Shown: one piece after another, positions 48,615-61,500 of the stretch
How positions within the stretch are numbered: the stretch's first letter is position 1
Layout of the letters: the number at the start of each line of letters is the position of its first letter
Assembly (NCBI GenBank): GCA_016748015.1
Contig: JAAOMT010000483.1
Coordinates: 186,001 to 250,000 of the forward strand
DNA length: 64,000 nucleotides
Source: Geosiphon pyriformis uo1
Taxonomy: Eukaryota; Fungi; Glomeromycota
Reading direction: 5' to 3'
Position numbers and translations under genes: made by a program
The notes under the pieces: model-generated
Database searches by the model: none
What the model saw: only the letters and a program-made list of their open reading frames with translations
What the model was told of the DNA's origin: nothing

Positions 48615-49622
48615 TGTTACTGGAGGTTTTTGGTCTTTTTTCTTGAATGTTGTAAATGTCTATTGGTTGCAAATTCACGTTTTCTAGAAGTAGTTGAACC
48701 TCCAGTACTAAATTTATCTTCAAATTATTTTCTATAATTTGAACTGCTGGGCTTATAAGTGGAATGGCCAATTCCATGCCAGTTACTTTGTGTAGTTATG
48801 TTGTAGTAAACATCAACTCTTTTCCAAGAATTGCTCATCTGGAAGCTCACCAAAATGTGTAGTTACTTTGCTGTAAAAGTCAACTCTTCTACAAAAATCT
48901 TGTCTGTAGGCTACTCTAATGATTATAGTAAAAAAATAAAAGAAAATAAAAGAAATATAAAAGAAATTGAATTCTGTCAAGGGAAACGTTTTCTATCCAG
49001 GCCTGGAGTCACTAATAGTTTACTGAAATTGGTAGCTAATCAATTTCAAAATGTTAGTTGGATTTTGGGGGTTTTCCAACTGCAATAATTAAAAAATTTG
49101 GTTTTTCAAATTATTTGATATTTTTTTTTTTTTGTGTGTGTAAGAATAATTCTAAGTAATAAATCTAAAGTAAGATACATTTTCTTGAAGAGAAAAGCTC
49201 TTTTTTTATACAACTTGTTGTAGTACTAGTTTATGAACTTGTACTTTTTCTCTTTGCTCAAATTTTGGCAAACTAAAGATACATTTTGATGGACTACAAG
49301 TTATTTCACTGAACTATTGATTAATTTGGGTAAATTATTCATAATCTCGGCAAATTTCTATAAATTTCGGTGAATTTCTTATAAATTTCGGTGAATTTCT
49401 GTAAATTTCAGCGAATTTTTGAATGTTACAAAGTTCAGAATATTGTGTAATTTGATCATTCTACTTTCTATTATACTAATTAGATTATTTAATTGAATTG
49501 TGATATGTGATAATTGATTAAATAATAAATGATAATTTGAAATAATATTAATATATTAATTAATTATAGGAATTATAAGAGTAATTTCATGTTAATTAAT
49601 AGCTAAAATTTTACTGATAACA
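48615..49622 (-). repeat. 3' LTR of element B
   Basis: Direct repeat of 57566-58573. Confidence 0.96.
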
Positions 49623-50310
49623 TAATCTCCTTCTCAAAACTGAGCTCCATCGAAGTCCAAGCACTATCTGTGATATTGAGATAGTGATCTAAAATAATTG
49701 AAGTAATCTGGTCTGAAAATTGTTGAAATTTCAGTTCTGTGAGTTTGCCAATGTATTGAACTTTCATTGGTTGTAGTATTGGATTTTGTAGAATATTTTC
49801 ACAAGTATTAAACAAATTATAGAGTCTAAAAGCTGTTCTAAGTTTGTAGCGAGTGTTTGTTGGTCCAGCTGCTGTTTTGAATTTATTATGAATTTGTTTT
49901 TGTATAGCTTCAGGAGTGAGATTTGTTGTTTCAAGTTCCAGTTTTCGTTCATAAAGTGTCTTTCTAATGTAAAAGTATTTATAGATAGGGGTGTGTTCAT
50001 TGTTCTGTTCATTGAAAAGTAGTAGAAGTTTTTGTTGTATTGTAGCATTTGGTGGAATGTCAATAGGAGCAATTAAAAGATTTTTTTTTAGTGCTTGCTT
50101 CAAAAGTCTTGGTAACCTATTTTCAGAGTGACTTCTTGTTTTTTTTCTATAGGGGTGATAGTTTTGTAAATGATTTACTACTGGAGCTGTGGTTTCTTTC
50201 TGAATGTAATTAATTTGACTTCTATTAATTGTTATGGATAAGTCAGGAAGTGTTTTCAAGGCTAATATTAACTTTTGGGATATTTGTTGAATATTTCAGG
50301 GAATAATTAT
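49603..50310 (-). pseudogene. ORF3 of element B, best-preserved copy (218 open codons; inferred about 235 aa)
   Basis: ORF 49603-50259 extends 17 codons upstream in frame to an ATA at 50310, with one TGA (probably from CGA). It runs through the PPT into the LTR. Confidence 0.8.
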
Positions 50311-50469
50311 GATAAAATTGACTAATTATGAAAAGAGAGAATAAAGAAAATTATTTTTCAATATGGAGTTTTTATTTGTTTTTGGGTTTGGGTGTTTTTT
50401 GTAATTATTTACTATTTTTTGTTTTTGTGTTTTTATTAAAGAATTATTGTAAAATTTAAGTGTTCAAGT

Positions 50470-53400
50470 TTGGTTGTTGTTCTATTATAATTATTGGTTC
50501 TAAATTTCGGGGAATATCTTCAGGATTAATTAAAAAGGAATGTGTACCAATTTGTGGAATTAATGGTTCAGGATTGTTTCTCGAATGATAGTGTTTCAAT
50601 TTGTCTCCATGTGCAACTTTTGCTAGTATTTTATCATCAAGTCTTAACTTGTATGATCTATTGCCTAAAATTTCGTGAATATAAAATGGTTCATCCCATT
50701 TGTTTTCAAATTTTCCACTCTATTGTTTTTTAGTCTTAGTTCTGTGTAAAAGAACTTTATTTCTAACTTTAAATTCATTAATAATGGGTGGTAATTTGTT
50801 GTCATGTCTTTCTTTTTGTTGAGCTTGAAAATGTTCAATGTGAGTTGCTGCTATCTTTCTTTTTCCTTCTAGTGTACTGAAAAGAGTGTAGGCCTTTCTT
50901 TAAAGTGTTTCTTGAAAGTTTTCTTCATTGATTGGTTGCACTGGGTATGTTTCTACTGTGAAATTATTTGGTAATATTGCTGTCTTTCCATAAGTAAGGT
51001 CAAATGGTATGTGTTTTGTAGTATCTTGTTTTAGTGTTCTGTATACTAGTAACACTAATAGAATAAAGATATCCTATTTCTGCTCAAAATCTGTTGAGAC
51101 TTTGGCCAATGATTCACACAATGTTCTGTTGAAACATTTTACAAGTCCATTTGTTTGAGGGTGATAAGGTGATGATAGAGGTCTTTTGATATTGAATTAT
51201 TCACAAATTTCTTGTATCAAGTTGTTCACAAAATGTGTTCCTTGATCAGATAAAAGTTCAATTGGACATTCATGTCTACAAATAATGTCTTCATAGATGA
51301 AATTTGCTACTGATTTTGCATCTGCTTTTTGGATGGCTCTAGCTTCAGGCCATTTAATAAGATAATCTACTACTACTGCAATATAGCAATTTCCTTGGAT
51401 TGTGATAGGTAATGGTCCGACTAAATCAATTCTAACTCTGTCAAATAGTTGTCCAACTTTGATTGGATTTAAAGGTTCTGTGAGGCGAGTTCCTCCTCTT
51501 TTTTGATAACTATCACAAGATTCTACATATTGTCGAATGTCTTTTTGCATGTAAGGCCAAAAATAATATTCAAAAGTTTTTTGAATTGTTCCATCTCTTC
51601 CCAAGTATGCTGAAGACAGATCTGTGTATATGTTATATAAAATTGTTTCTTTTTCATTTTCCTGTACTAATCTAAGTGGTTGGTTTGGGTTTTTACAATT
51701 TTTGTAATAAATTTTGTTGTGGTATATAAAATATTGTTTGGATTGGTATTGTAATCGATGTTTTTCACTTGAGGACCAATTTTCTGGCATGGTGAGAGTT
51801 TTCAAATAGTTTTTAATGTTGTTGTAGTTTTTTGGATCTATTGTTGTTGATTTTATTGTTTGTTCTACTGTTAAGTTTGTTGGTGTTAATGTTGGTATTA
51901 ATATTGTCTCATCCTTAAGAGGCTGTTAACATTAATGTGTATTTTTTCTGGTTTGTGATGTACAATATATTTGTAGTCTGCTAAGAAGTCATTCTATTGA
52001 GATTGTTTGGCACTTTGTTCAGTTTTTTTTTTATTGAGCCATTTGAAACCAATATTGTCAATTATGATATCAAATTCTTTTCCATTCTTCAGATATTGTT
52101 AAAAATGTTTAAGAGCCCAGATAACTGTAGCAGTTTCTAATTCAGTTGAGCCATATTTTAGTTCTGTTGGTTTGAGTGTTCTACTAGTATAGATAATGAC
52201 TTGTTTTTGCCTATTTTCATCCAATTGTGATAAGATGGCACCAAATGCTATGTGTAAAGCATTAGTGGCTAATTGGAACTGTTTGTTGAAGTATGGATAA
52301 GCAAGAACTGGAGCTGTTGTCAATTTTGTTTTGAGAGTTTCAAAAGCTTTTTGTTGTTCTTTAGTCTATTTGTATGGCACATTTTTGTTGGTAAGATAAT
52401 TAAGTGATTTGGCAATTTCTGAGAATCCTTTTATGAATTTTCAATAATAAGAGACTAATTCTACAAATCTTCATAGTTCTGTAGTATTTCTGAAAGTTTG
52501 AAAGTTTTTGACAGCACTGATTGTTCCAGGATTTGATTTGACTTCATCTTTATTAACTATGTGTCCAAAAAAGATCAAGCTTGTTTTTCCAAAGTGACAT
52601 TTTTCAATGTTTAACTTTAATTCTGCTTTTTGTAATCATTGAAAAACTTCTCGCAGGTAAATGAGGTGGGCTTCAAAGCTTGGTGAGTATATATTAGTGT
52701 TATCAAGATAGACAACTACTAATTGCCATAAGAGCCCTTTATATACAACATCTATGAGTCGCTGAAATGTTGCTGGTGCATTGCAGAATTTAAAAGGCAT
52801 AACATTGAACTCATAGTTTCCTTCTTGGGTGGTAAATGCTGTTTTGGGTTGGTTTTTTGTGTCCATTTTGACTTGCCAGTATCTAATTTCTAAGTCCAAA
52901 GTTGAGAAGAACTTGGCTTTTTCTAAAGCATCTAACATGTTATCAATTCTTGAAAGAGAGTAAGCATCTCCAATTGTTACACTGTTTAATTGGCAATAAT
53001 TAACACAAAATCTGATTTTTCCATTTTTTTTTTGACAAGGACTACTGGTGAAACCCAAAGACTTCTTGATGGTTGAATTAATCTGTTATTAAACATTCTC
53101 TGGACTTCTTTTCTGATGAATTGGTAATTGGCAGGTGGCACTCTGTAAGCTTGTTGACGTTTTGGTGAAGTATCTCCTGTATGGATTTGATGTTGAATGA
53201 TATCCGTTTTTTCCAGGTCATTGTTGTCTTTTGCAAATATATCTGCAAATTCAGCTATCAATTGTTTCAATTGTCTTTGTTGTTGAGGTTCTAAGAGATC
53301 CATGTTGATATGAGAGAGTTTTTTTTCCAAAAAATGGTAGTTTTCAGTAGTGAGAATAATATTTGGATTTGGAAGTAGAGTGTGCCTTACAATTTCGATA

Positions 53401-55560
53401 AAATTAGAGACAATTTGAGGGTTTTCATCTTGAAAAATATTGCTGTGTATGATTCCAATCTCTAATTTGTTTAATAAGACAATAAGGTAATTATTGGGAT
53501 TGTAGAATATAACTCAAAATTTTTTCATTTCTTTGGAAATATAAACATTTGGAATTGAGATTTCATGCTTCAAACAGATTTGTTCATTGGATTCAAAGAA
53601 TTGTTGAGTAGTAGTGGGTTTTGAGCAAGTGTAAATTTTGTGATGTTTTTCAAAAGGTGAAATGGTAATTGGTTGGGGAAGTTGAAGAATCTGGTGAAAT
53701 TCATTTTGTATTTTAAGGGCTATGTTTACTGGAACTGTAAATCGTCCAATTGAACCAAAATTTTAAGTTCCTCTTTCACTTTTTTCCAATTGTTCTCTGT
53801 TGTTAACTGATTGTAGACTCGAAATATTGATTAAGGGTAGGTAAATTGCTTGAGCAATTTTTTTAGCATGTTTAATTTTGAATGGTTTGTCTGTTTCATT
53901 CTGCAACATGATGGTAATGTCTCCACTGTATTCTGCATCTATAACTCCTCCTCTAATATTGATTTCTTTGCTTGCCAATAATAATCTGGAGGCAATTTGA
54001 ACCATTACTCCAGGTGGAATTTTAAGAGCGATTTTGAGATTGATTTTTGTTAAAGACTTTGGTTGGAGAACCAAAGTATCTTTTCCTGGGTATCTTAGGT
54101 TATATCCGGCATCAATTTCGTGTGCTTTTTCTGGTCTGATTCCTTGGCCATGGTTGTCAAAATATTTAAGTTGTAGAGGTGGTTGCTTTTCAAGGAGATA
54201 GATGGGGGTGGTTGGTAGTTTTTCTACTAGTTTGAATACTCCAAATTCGATTTCATTTTCATCATTCTCCTTTGGCAGAAGAATGCTAAGAGCATAGCAT
54301 TCTGGACACCATTTGTCATCACAAGGCATGATGTATTCTTTGCACAATTGAATGTTCATTTGCTCTAATCATTGAATTTGAGCTTCTTGAGTCGGGTATA
54401 TGTGGCTTGCAATTTGGTGGTAGGTTTCTACTTTATCTTCATAATCAAATTCAGCTAATTTCATGGTATACTCAATGTATTCAGCTTCTTTTATTTGGCA
54501 GACATTTTCTTGGGTGGCTTCATTGATCAATGCCATTGCTAGGTCAAAAATCATTTTAGCATCATGAAGGTAGTGGTAAAATTTATTGAGAGCACTGTTG
54601 TATGCTGCATCAAATGGTGTTCCTCTTCTGACTTTTTCCGAAATTGATAGAGCATATTGACAGGTTTGATCACATACTCCTCTTCTCATTACAACATCAA
54701 TCTAGTTGCATTCTTCTGGTAACATATCTCCACATGTAAGGCAAAGTGTGTTGTCCCATTTTTCACTTCTTTTTGGAGATCCAAATCGTTCTCTATGACA
54801 TGTTTTACAAAAGTAATAGATACAAGTTTCATATTCCTCTTCTGGAGAAATACATGCTTCCATTGATAAAAGTTTCTTGTTGCAATCTTTGCATTTGAGT
54901 GGAATATAGGGTGGTTGTTTCTATAGTTCTGGTGTAGAATATCTAACTTTCTTCCATCCTCTTGATTCTTCAAAAATCTCCTGTTCTGTTTCTTCAGCCC
55001 AATTGGATGTTGATCCAAAAGCCATGTAGGTTTCAGTAAGTGGCATTTTTTTCTCCTCTTCAAATTCAAATACTGGGGCTTTTTCTGATTGTTTGTTAAA
55101 GATACCACAAGTAGCAAATACTATGGTGTATTGTCCTTGGTATGAGATTTTTAATTCCTAAGTTTCTCAGTCCAAGTTTGCATTGGCCTTAAGAAGCCAA
55201 TCATTTCCAACCAGAGCTTGGTATTGGGGTGCATCCATGACTAGAACTTTGACTGGAATGGTGATTCTATCAATGGTGAATAAAAAATTGTCAATTTCTT
55301 CTACTGGTGTCTTTTTCATACCATCTGCTATAACAATTACAGTTTGGGCTGGTCTGTTAACAGTTCTTTAAAACTGTTGTATTAACTGGTAGGTAATAAT
55401 ACTTCTAGCTGATCCACTGTCTAGAATTAGTCGGATGGGTTTTCCTTCTACTGTAGCTTCAGTATACATGGCAGTGATAGCTTTTTGTTCATTAGCTGCT
55501 GCATTATTAAGCAAGAATAGTGATTCATTTGCTTCAAATTCGAATGGGAATATATTTGAA
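50470..55560 (-). pseudogene. pol: pol of element B (PR, Cys-rich domain, dUTPase, RT, RH, IN)
   Basis: PR LILDSGSARSII; RT VVYLDNTN; RH LATNA and ETATVIWAL; IN IDLVGPLP, LLSDQGTHF and WDEPF. Confidence 0.94.
53745..54115 (-). pseudogene. dut: dUTPase domain within pol of element B
   Basis: Motifs DAGYNL, ASR, GGVIDAEYSGDI, KIAQAI and ERGT*NFGSIG. Confidence 0.9.
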
Positions 55561-55749
55561 AGGTTGGCATTTGGGCAATTTGAACTGGTGGAATAGTGTT
55601 GTTGGAAGAGTTTGATCTGGGTGCTGCAACTTCACCTTTAGAAAGTGCAGATTGTTGAAAATCCGATTCCTCTGGTATTGTAAGATAACTGGGTTGAGTG
55701 TAATAGTAATTGGGTCTTTGCTGACCAGAATTTCGGGGAACCAACTGGT

Positions 55750-57520
55750 TATTTAGATTAATTCTGTTGTTGTTATTCTGAAATTGATTTTGGAGTGTGA
55801 ATTGGTTATGTTAAACCAATCTTCTTGCTGGTACTTGATATTGTTGAGTGGGTGGTATCTAATATTGCTGAATTGGTAAAGATTGCTGATATTGTTGTTG
55901 AATTGGTTGTGGAGCTGGTTGATAATAGCTGTTTTGAATTTGTGGTCTCAGTGAATAATAAGTTGGTGGTGGAAGTTGGTAATAAGATTGTTGTGGTGAA
56001 GAGTAACATTGATTACTCCTGTTTTGTTGATCTCTTTGTAGTTTCCTGCAATCTCATTTCCAGTGTCCTGAAATTCCACAATAGTAACAATTTTGAGGTT
56101 GGTTGTTGGATGGTGGTCTAAAGTTGTTTTGGTTGTGTCACTGTGGTGGTTGATATTTTTGTGGTTGTTGCTGCTGTTGTTATTGGTTTGTAAAATAGCT
56201 TTCAACCTTCTTTGTGAGTTGGTCTATCTTTTCTTCAGCTGCTGAACTGGTTTCTTCAATAGCCAAGTTAACAAGTTTGGTGTGGTTCATTTCTTCTATA
56301 GCCATTTCATAATTTTTTGCATGTCTAATGGCAGTTGCTAAGTCTGCTGGAACATGTAGACGGACTTTTTTAATCAGTTTGTCTTTTAACCTTGCTATAA
56401 ATTGATCTAGAATTTGAGCATCAGAATAGTAGTCATTGGTTTCTAATTGTCAAATTTGTTTGAGAAGTTTGTTGAATCTTCCAAGATAGGTCATAACAGT
56501 TTCAGATGTTTCTTGCTTAATATTGCAAAAGCGGTTTCTAAGAGTGATAGAAGTGTTGTTGTCAGTGAATTGTTGTAGAAAAGCATCTTTAAATGCTTGC
56601 CAGTTTTCAAATAATTCTTCTAAGTTTTCAAACCATTCTTCTGTAGTTCCTTGGAGAAAGTATAGAATTGCTTTGAGCATTCTTGCTGCATTCCAACCAT
56701 TTGCATCTCCTGCTTTTTGAACTTTGTCAAGCCATTCTTGAGAACTGGTATCATTATTTTTACCCATGAATTCTGGAATCTTTGCAATATAAGCAGTTGC
56801 CATTTCTTCTTCATTTTCTGTGGCTTCTTTTGGTTCTGGTTCAGTTTCTTCACTTTCCAAGCTTTCTGAATGATTACTTTTGTTTTTCTGTAAGTAATCA
56901 ATAATATTGGCACTTGTTGATATTGGTTTCTGTTGTTGAGTAGAATTTCTAGATGACTGAAAATCTTCTGGTCTGGAGAAATGGTCAAGTGGTAAACTTG
57001 GTGTTTGTGGTTGAATAAGTGAAATTGGAAATGATGTAATAGAAAGTGGTAATTTGACACTGGTTCTTTGTTCAGGTGTTTGCAAGTGTTTGGCAGTTGT
57101 CTTTGGTAGTATTGGAGTGTTTGGAGTGGTTCTTGAGTATTGTTTCACTTTTTGTTTGCCTTTGTTGCTTGTCTCTGTTTCTAATTCAAAGTTAAAAGAA
57201 TATTTGGGCTGTACTGAGTATTTTTCTTCACAGTATTCAATAATATTAAAATTAAGTTCTTGGAAGTAGGTAGCAAGTGTTTTACTGTTCAGGTCTTCTG
57301 TTCCCAATTGTGAATAGTGCACTAAATTATTGTAGAGATTGCTTCTAACTTTTGAAATGTTGTAGTTTCTAAAAAGATAATTATTGATGCGATTTTCAAT
57401 ATATTGGTATACTGATTTCTTGACAACTTCAATTCCGTCTGAGATGTTGAATTTTTGCTTGCAGTGAGTGTAAATTGACTGATGATACTCTAGAGTTGTT
57501 GTGTCTGGTGTGGTCACCAC
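55750..57520 (-). pseudogene. gag: gag of element B
   Basis: 356-codon open segment containing AYIAKIPEF..QEWLDKV; knuckle CYYCGISGHWK*DC at about 56047-56090. Confidence 0.9.
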
Positions 57521-57565
57521 TTTGAATTTGTTGTTGCTGTGTTATTTCTATAGGAGAGCACCAAA

Positions 57566-58573
57566 TGTTACCAAAGGTTTTTGGTCTCTTTTCTTGAATA
57601 TTGTAAATGTCTGTTGGTTGCAAATTCACGTTTTCTAGAAGTAATTAAACCTCCAGTACTGAATTTATCTTCAAATTATTTCCTATAATTTGAACTGCTG
57701 GGCTTATAAGTGGAATGGCCAATTCTGTGCCAGTTACTTTGTGTAGTTATGTTGTAGTAAATGTCAACTCTTTCTCAGGAATTGCTCATCTGGAAGCTCA
57801 CCAAAATGTGTAGTTACTTTGCTGTAAAAGTCAACCCTTCTACAGAAATCTCGTCTGTAGGCTACTCTAATGATTATAGTAAAAAAATAAAAGAAAATAA
57901 AAGAAATATAAAAGAAATTGAATTCTGTCAAGGGAAACGTTTTTTATTCAGGCCTGAAGTTACTAACAGTTTACTGAAATTGGTAGCTAATCAATTTCAA
58001 AACATTAGTTGGGTTTTGGGGATTTTCCAACTGCAATAATTAAAGAATTTGGTTTTTCAAATTATTTGATATTTATTTCTTTTTGTGTGTATAGGAATAG
58101 TTCTAAGTAATAAATCTAAAGTAAGATATATTTTTTTGAAGAGAAAAGCTTTTTTTTTATACAACTTGTTGTAGTACTAGTCTATGAACTTGCACTTTTT
58201 CTCTTTGCTCAAATTTTGGCAAACTAAAGATACATTTTGATGGACTACAAGTTATTTCGCTGAACTATTGATTAATTTGGGTGAACTATTCATAATTTCG
58301 GCAAATTTCTATAAATTTCAGCGAATTTCTTATAAATTTCAGTGAATTTCTGTAAATTTCAGCGAATTTTTGAATGTTACAAAGTTCAGGGTATTGTGTA
58401 ATTTGATCATCCTACTTTCTGTTATACTAATTGGATTATTTAATTGAATCATGATATGTGATAATTGATTAAATAATAAATGATAATTTGAAATAATATT
58501 AATATACTAATTAATTATAGAAATTATAAGAGTAATTTTATGCTAATTAATAGCTAAAATTTTACTGGTAACA
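57566..58573 (-). repeat. 5' LTR of element B
   Basis: Followed by the PBS at about 57548-57563. Confidence 0.96.
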
Positions 58574-58577
58574 CTGC

Positions 58578-61500
58578 CAATACTCTCATGGAATGACAAA
58601 GAGAAGGGAAAAAAAAAAACATATCTGAAGAAACCACAGCCATTAAAGAAATAGATAGTGATTGGAGAAAATTATACTCAACCAACACTAGACTAAAATC
58701 ATTATATATACTATTAAAATGTAAGGATTGTAGGAAAAAACTGTCTTTTATAAGAGCTTGGGTTGTGTCCAATAAAGACTATTGAACATAAACCCATTAT
58801 TACTGCAAATTATGTCATAGAAAATATTATGGTTACTTTAAACAATAAAAAAAGTAAAACAATGAACTATGTTTTGCTTATAGAGAGCAGTTGCTCGATA
58901 AAAGAATGTGAAACAACATTCCTGGTTGAGAAGAAATATATAATGCTTTGTGCCAATATACAATCCTCATAAGTGATTGGGTAAGTCATAGAACACTTAT
59001 TAATGCAGCATGGCATCAAACAATCTCTTACTTGGACAGTTATTTACACAATAAAGATGAAATTTGGAGAATAGTAAACACCAAAGTCAAAGACACATTG
59101 CCCAGTAAAATTCTGAAAATCAAAAACAATCTACCAAAACCAGTAGAAACAATTCACATTTTCAATCCTAATGCTTTTCTGGATGTTAAAACTGGTTCAG
59201 AAGAATTCCACAACTATTGCCAAAACTTGGCACTGATTAAAAAAAAGCAAGAACAGCATTTAAAACAATTAAACACCCAATTATGTGACCATTATTTAAT
59301 TCTATATAACTTTTAATATTGTAATAAGTGTAATCTTATTTACAATCTACCACCATGCATGATTTACACAATCTCTAAAGAAGAAAAACCAATCAACAGC
59401 TGTGCATCAGAATCAGAATCAACATTCAATTCTGATTCAAACTCTAACAGCAATAACAACAATAGCTCCAGTTTTATTCAAAATGACAATAATAATACTG
59501 ACAATTCAAACTTCGATTCAAACCTTGAACAATACATCACACTTTCTAATCTCTCTAAAGAGCAGAAACTAAGATGGTACAGCAACAATAATGAAGGTAT
59601 TATGTCAAAACGTGTACATAATATTAATGCAAAGTTTGATTTGAGATATCCTGGAAAAAATGCCATTAAATTGAATCACATTTGTGCACATGTATTGATT
59701 TGAAAATAGCACTAAAAATTCTAGCAACAACAATAGTTCAGTTAGCATCCAAGAATAGTTTAGCAAAAAAAGAGATTAACATCAAAAGAGGAATAATTGA
59801 CATAGGATATATAAGAAATATTATTATAATGCTACAAAATAACTTAAAAAAGACCTATATTATAGAACTAAACAAAAAGATAGTATAAACAATATTTCTG
59901 CCTCTGGTTAAAATAGCTCAGTTAGTATCAGTAAAAAACAAGAAAAAATTAAGAATTATAACAAGAGGGATAAATGAATTTAGATTTACAGGTAGGGTAG
60001 ATGTATCAGTTAATATGGCAGAAGAAAAAATTATTAACAAAGAAGAAATTATTTCTATCCATTAATTATTCTCTATTCTACCATATAATCAGTACATATT
60101 AGCAATAGAAAGAAAAATAAAGGATCAAGTCCAGATTTTTGAAGTCAAATCAAACATTTGTGAGTTAAGAGAAATTGGACTTACCAATCTTTATATACCA
60201 GCCAAAAACCATAATCATATCAAAATTCTCATCTACAATACAACAGGAAATATTATTGAAATACTAAAAGGAACCACCATCAGATATTTAAGCATTGAAG
60301 TTAAAGAACAACCACCAAACCCCATTTCAGACTTTCTACAACTATGTGGATATGTGGATATCACATCATAAACAATATATAAACGAGAAGAATGTTATCT
60401 ACTTCAACTAAAACAATTAGAACAGATAAACTTGAAAAATTTAGACCCATTACAACATATGTAGCTTAAGATATTACTTAACAACTTCAACAACATTTTT
60501 GCCAGTAAAAATGAATTTGGCAGAACTAATATAATCTAACATTAAATCAAGACTGGAGATGCAATGCCAATCAAACAAAGAGCATACCAAGTACTACCAG
60601 CAAGCCAGAAAATTATTTGACAAAAAATCAATCAGATATTAGACAATAAGTTAATTCAACCATTAATAAATCCATAATTATTACCAGTAGTACTAGTCTG
60701 TAAAAGAATAGAAAGATTCACTTTTGTGTGGATTACAGAAAACTCAATAGAGTAACTTATAAAGACAGTTATCTAACTCCACAGATTCAAGAATTGTTTG
60801 ACACTTTTGGAGAAAAGAAATAATTCTCAATATTGAATCTAGACAGTAGTTATTAACAAGTAGCTATAAATTCAGCCAATAAAAAGAAGACCACATTCAC
60901 AACAAAAAAAAAATTTTGAGTTTGAAGTAATGCTATTTGGCTTGATAAACACTTCAACCATGTTTTAATGGCTCATAGAAATTGTCTATACCAGACTGCT
61001 ATAGAAATCAGTAGTTATATATCTGAATGACACCAATATATTTTCAAAAACATTTGATGATTATTTTTATTATCTACAGCAAGTGTTTAAAAAACTCAGA
61101 CATGCCAAATTAAAATTAAATGCAAACAAGTGCTTTTTTAACAAAACAGAACTGAAATTCTTAGGACATATCATGAGCAAAAATGGCATCAAAATAGATC
61201 CAGACAAAATTAAAATAGTCAAAAACTTTCCAGTACTAACCAACTTGATGGAACTAAGAGTATTTTTAGAATTTGCAGGTTATTACTGCCACTTCATTAA
61301 AGACTTTTTTAAACTGGCTCAACCACTTCACTAGCTTCAAACCAAGAATATTAAATACAAGTGAACAAAAATTCAGCAAGAAGCTTTCAATATATTGCAA
61401 AAAAAGCTTATCTAAGCATCAGTACTGATCTATTCAGATTACAACAAATCATTTATCATCACTACCAATGTATTAGATTAAGCATTGAAAGCTGTATTAT

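Larger units (their letters stand above)
48615..58573 (-). mobile_element. Ty3/Gypsy-type LTR element B, full length (9959 bp), dUTPase-bearing
   Basis: 1008-bp LTRs at 48615-49622 and 57566-58573; TSD CTGC at 48611-48614 and 58574-58577; PBS TGGTGCTCTCCTATAG; PPT GAGAAGGAGATTA. Confidence 0.96.

Noticed and set aside
49603-50310. ORF3 as a true envelope glycoprotein
   Set aside because: No signal peptide, transmembrane helix, or cleavage site plus fusion peptide pattern is visible. Only the position is env-like.
50311-50355. Polypyrimidine tract plus TTAG before B ORF3 as a splice acceptor
   Set aside because: No equivalent tract is seen before ORF3 in A, D or F. It cannot be supported without RNA data.
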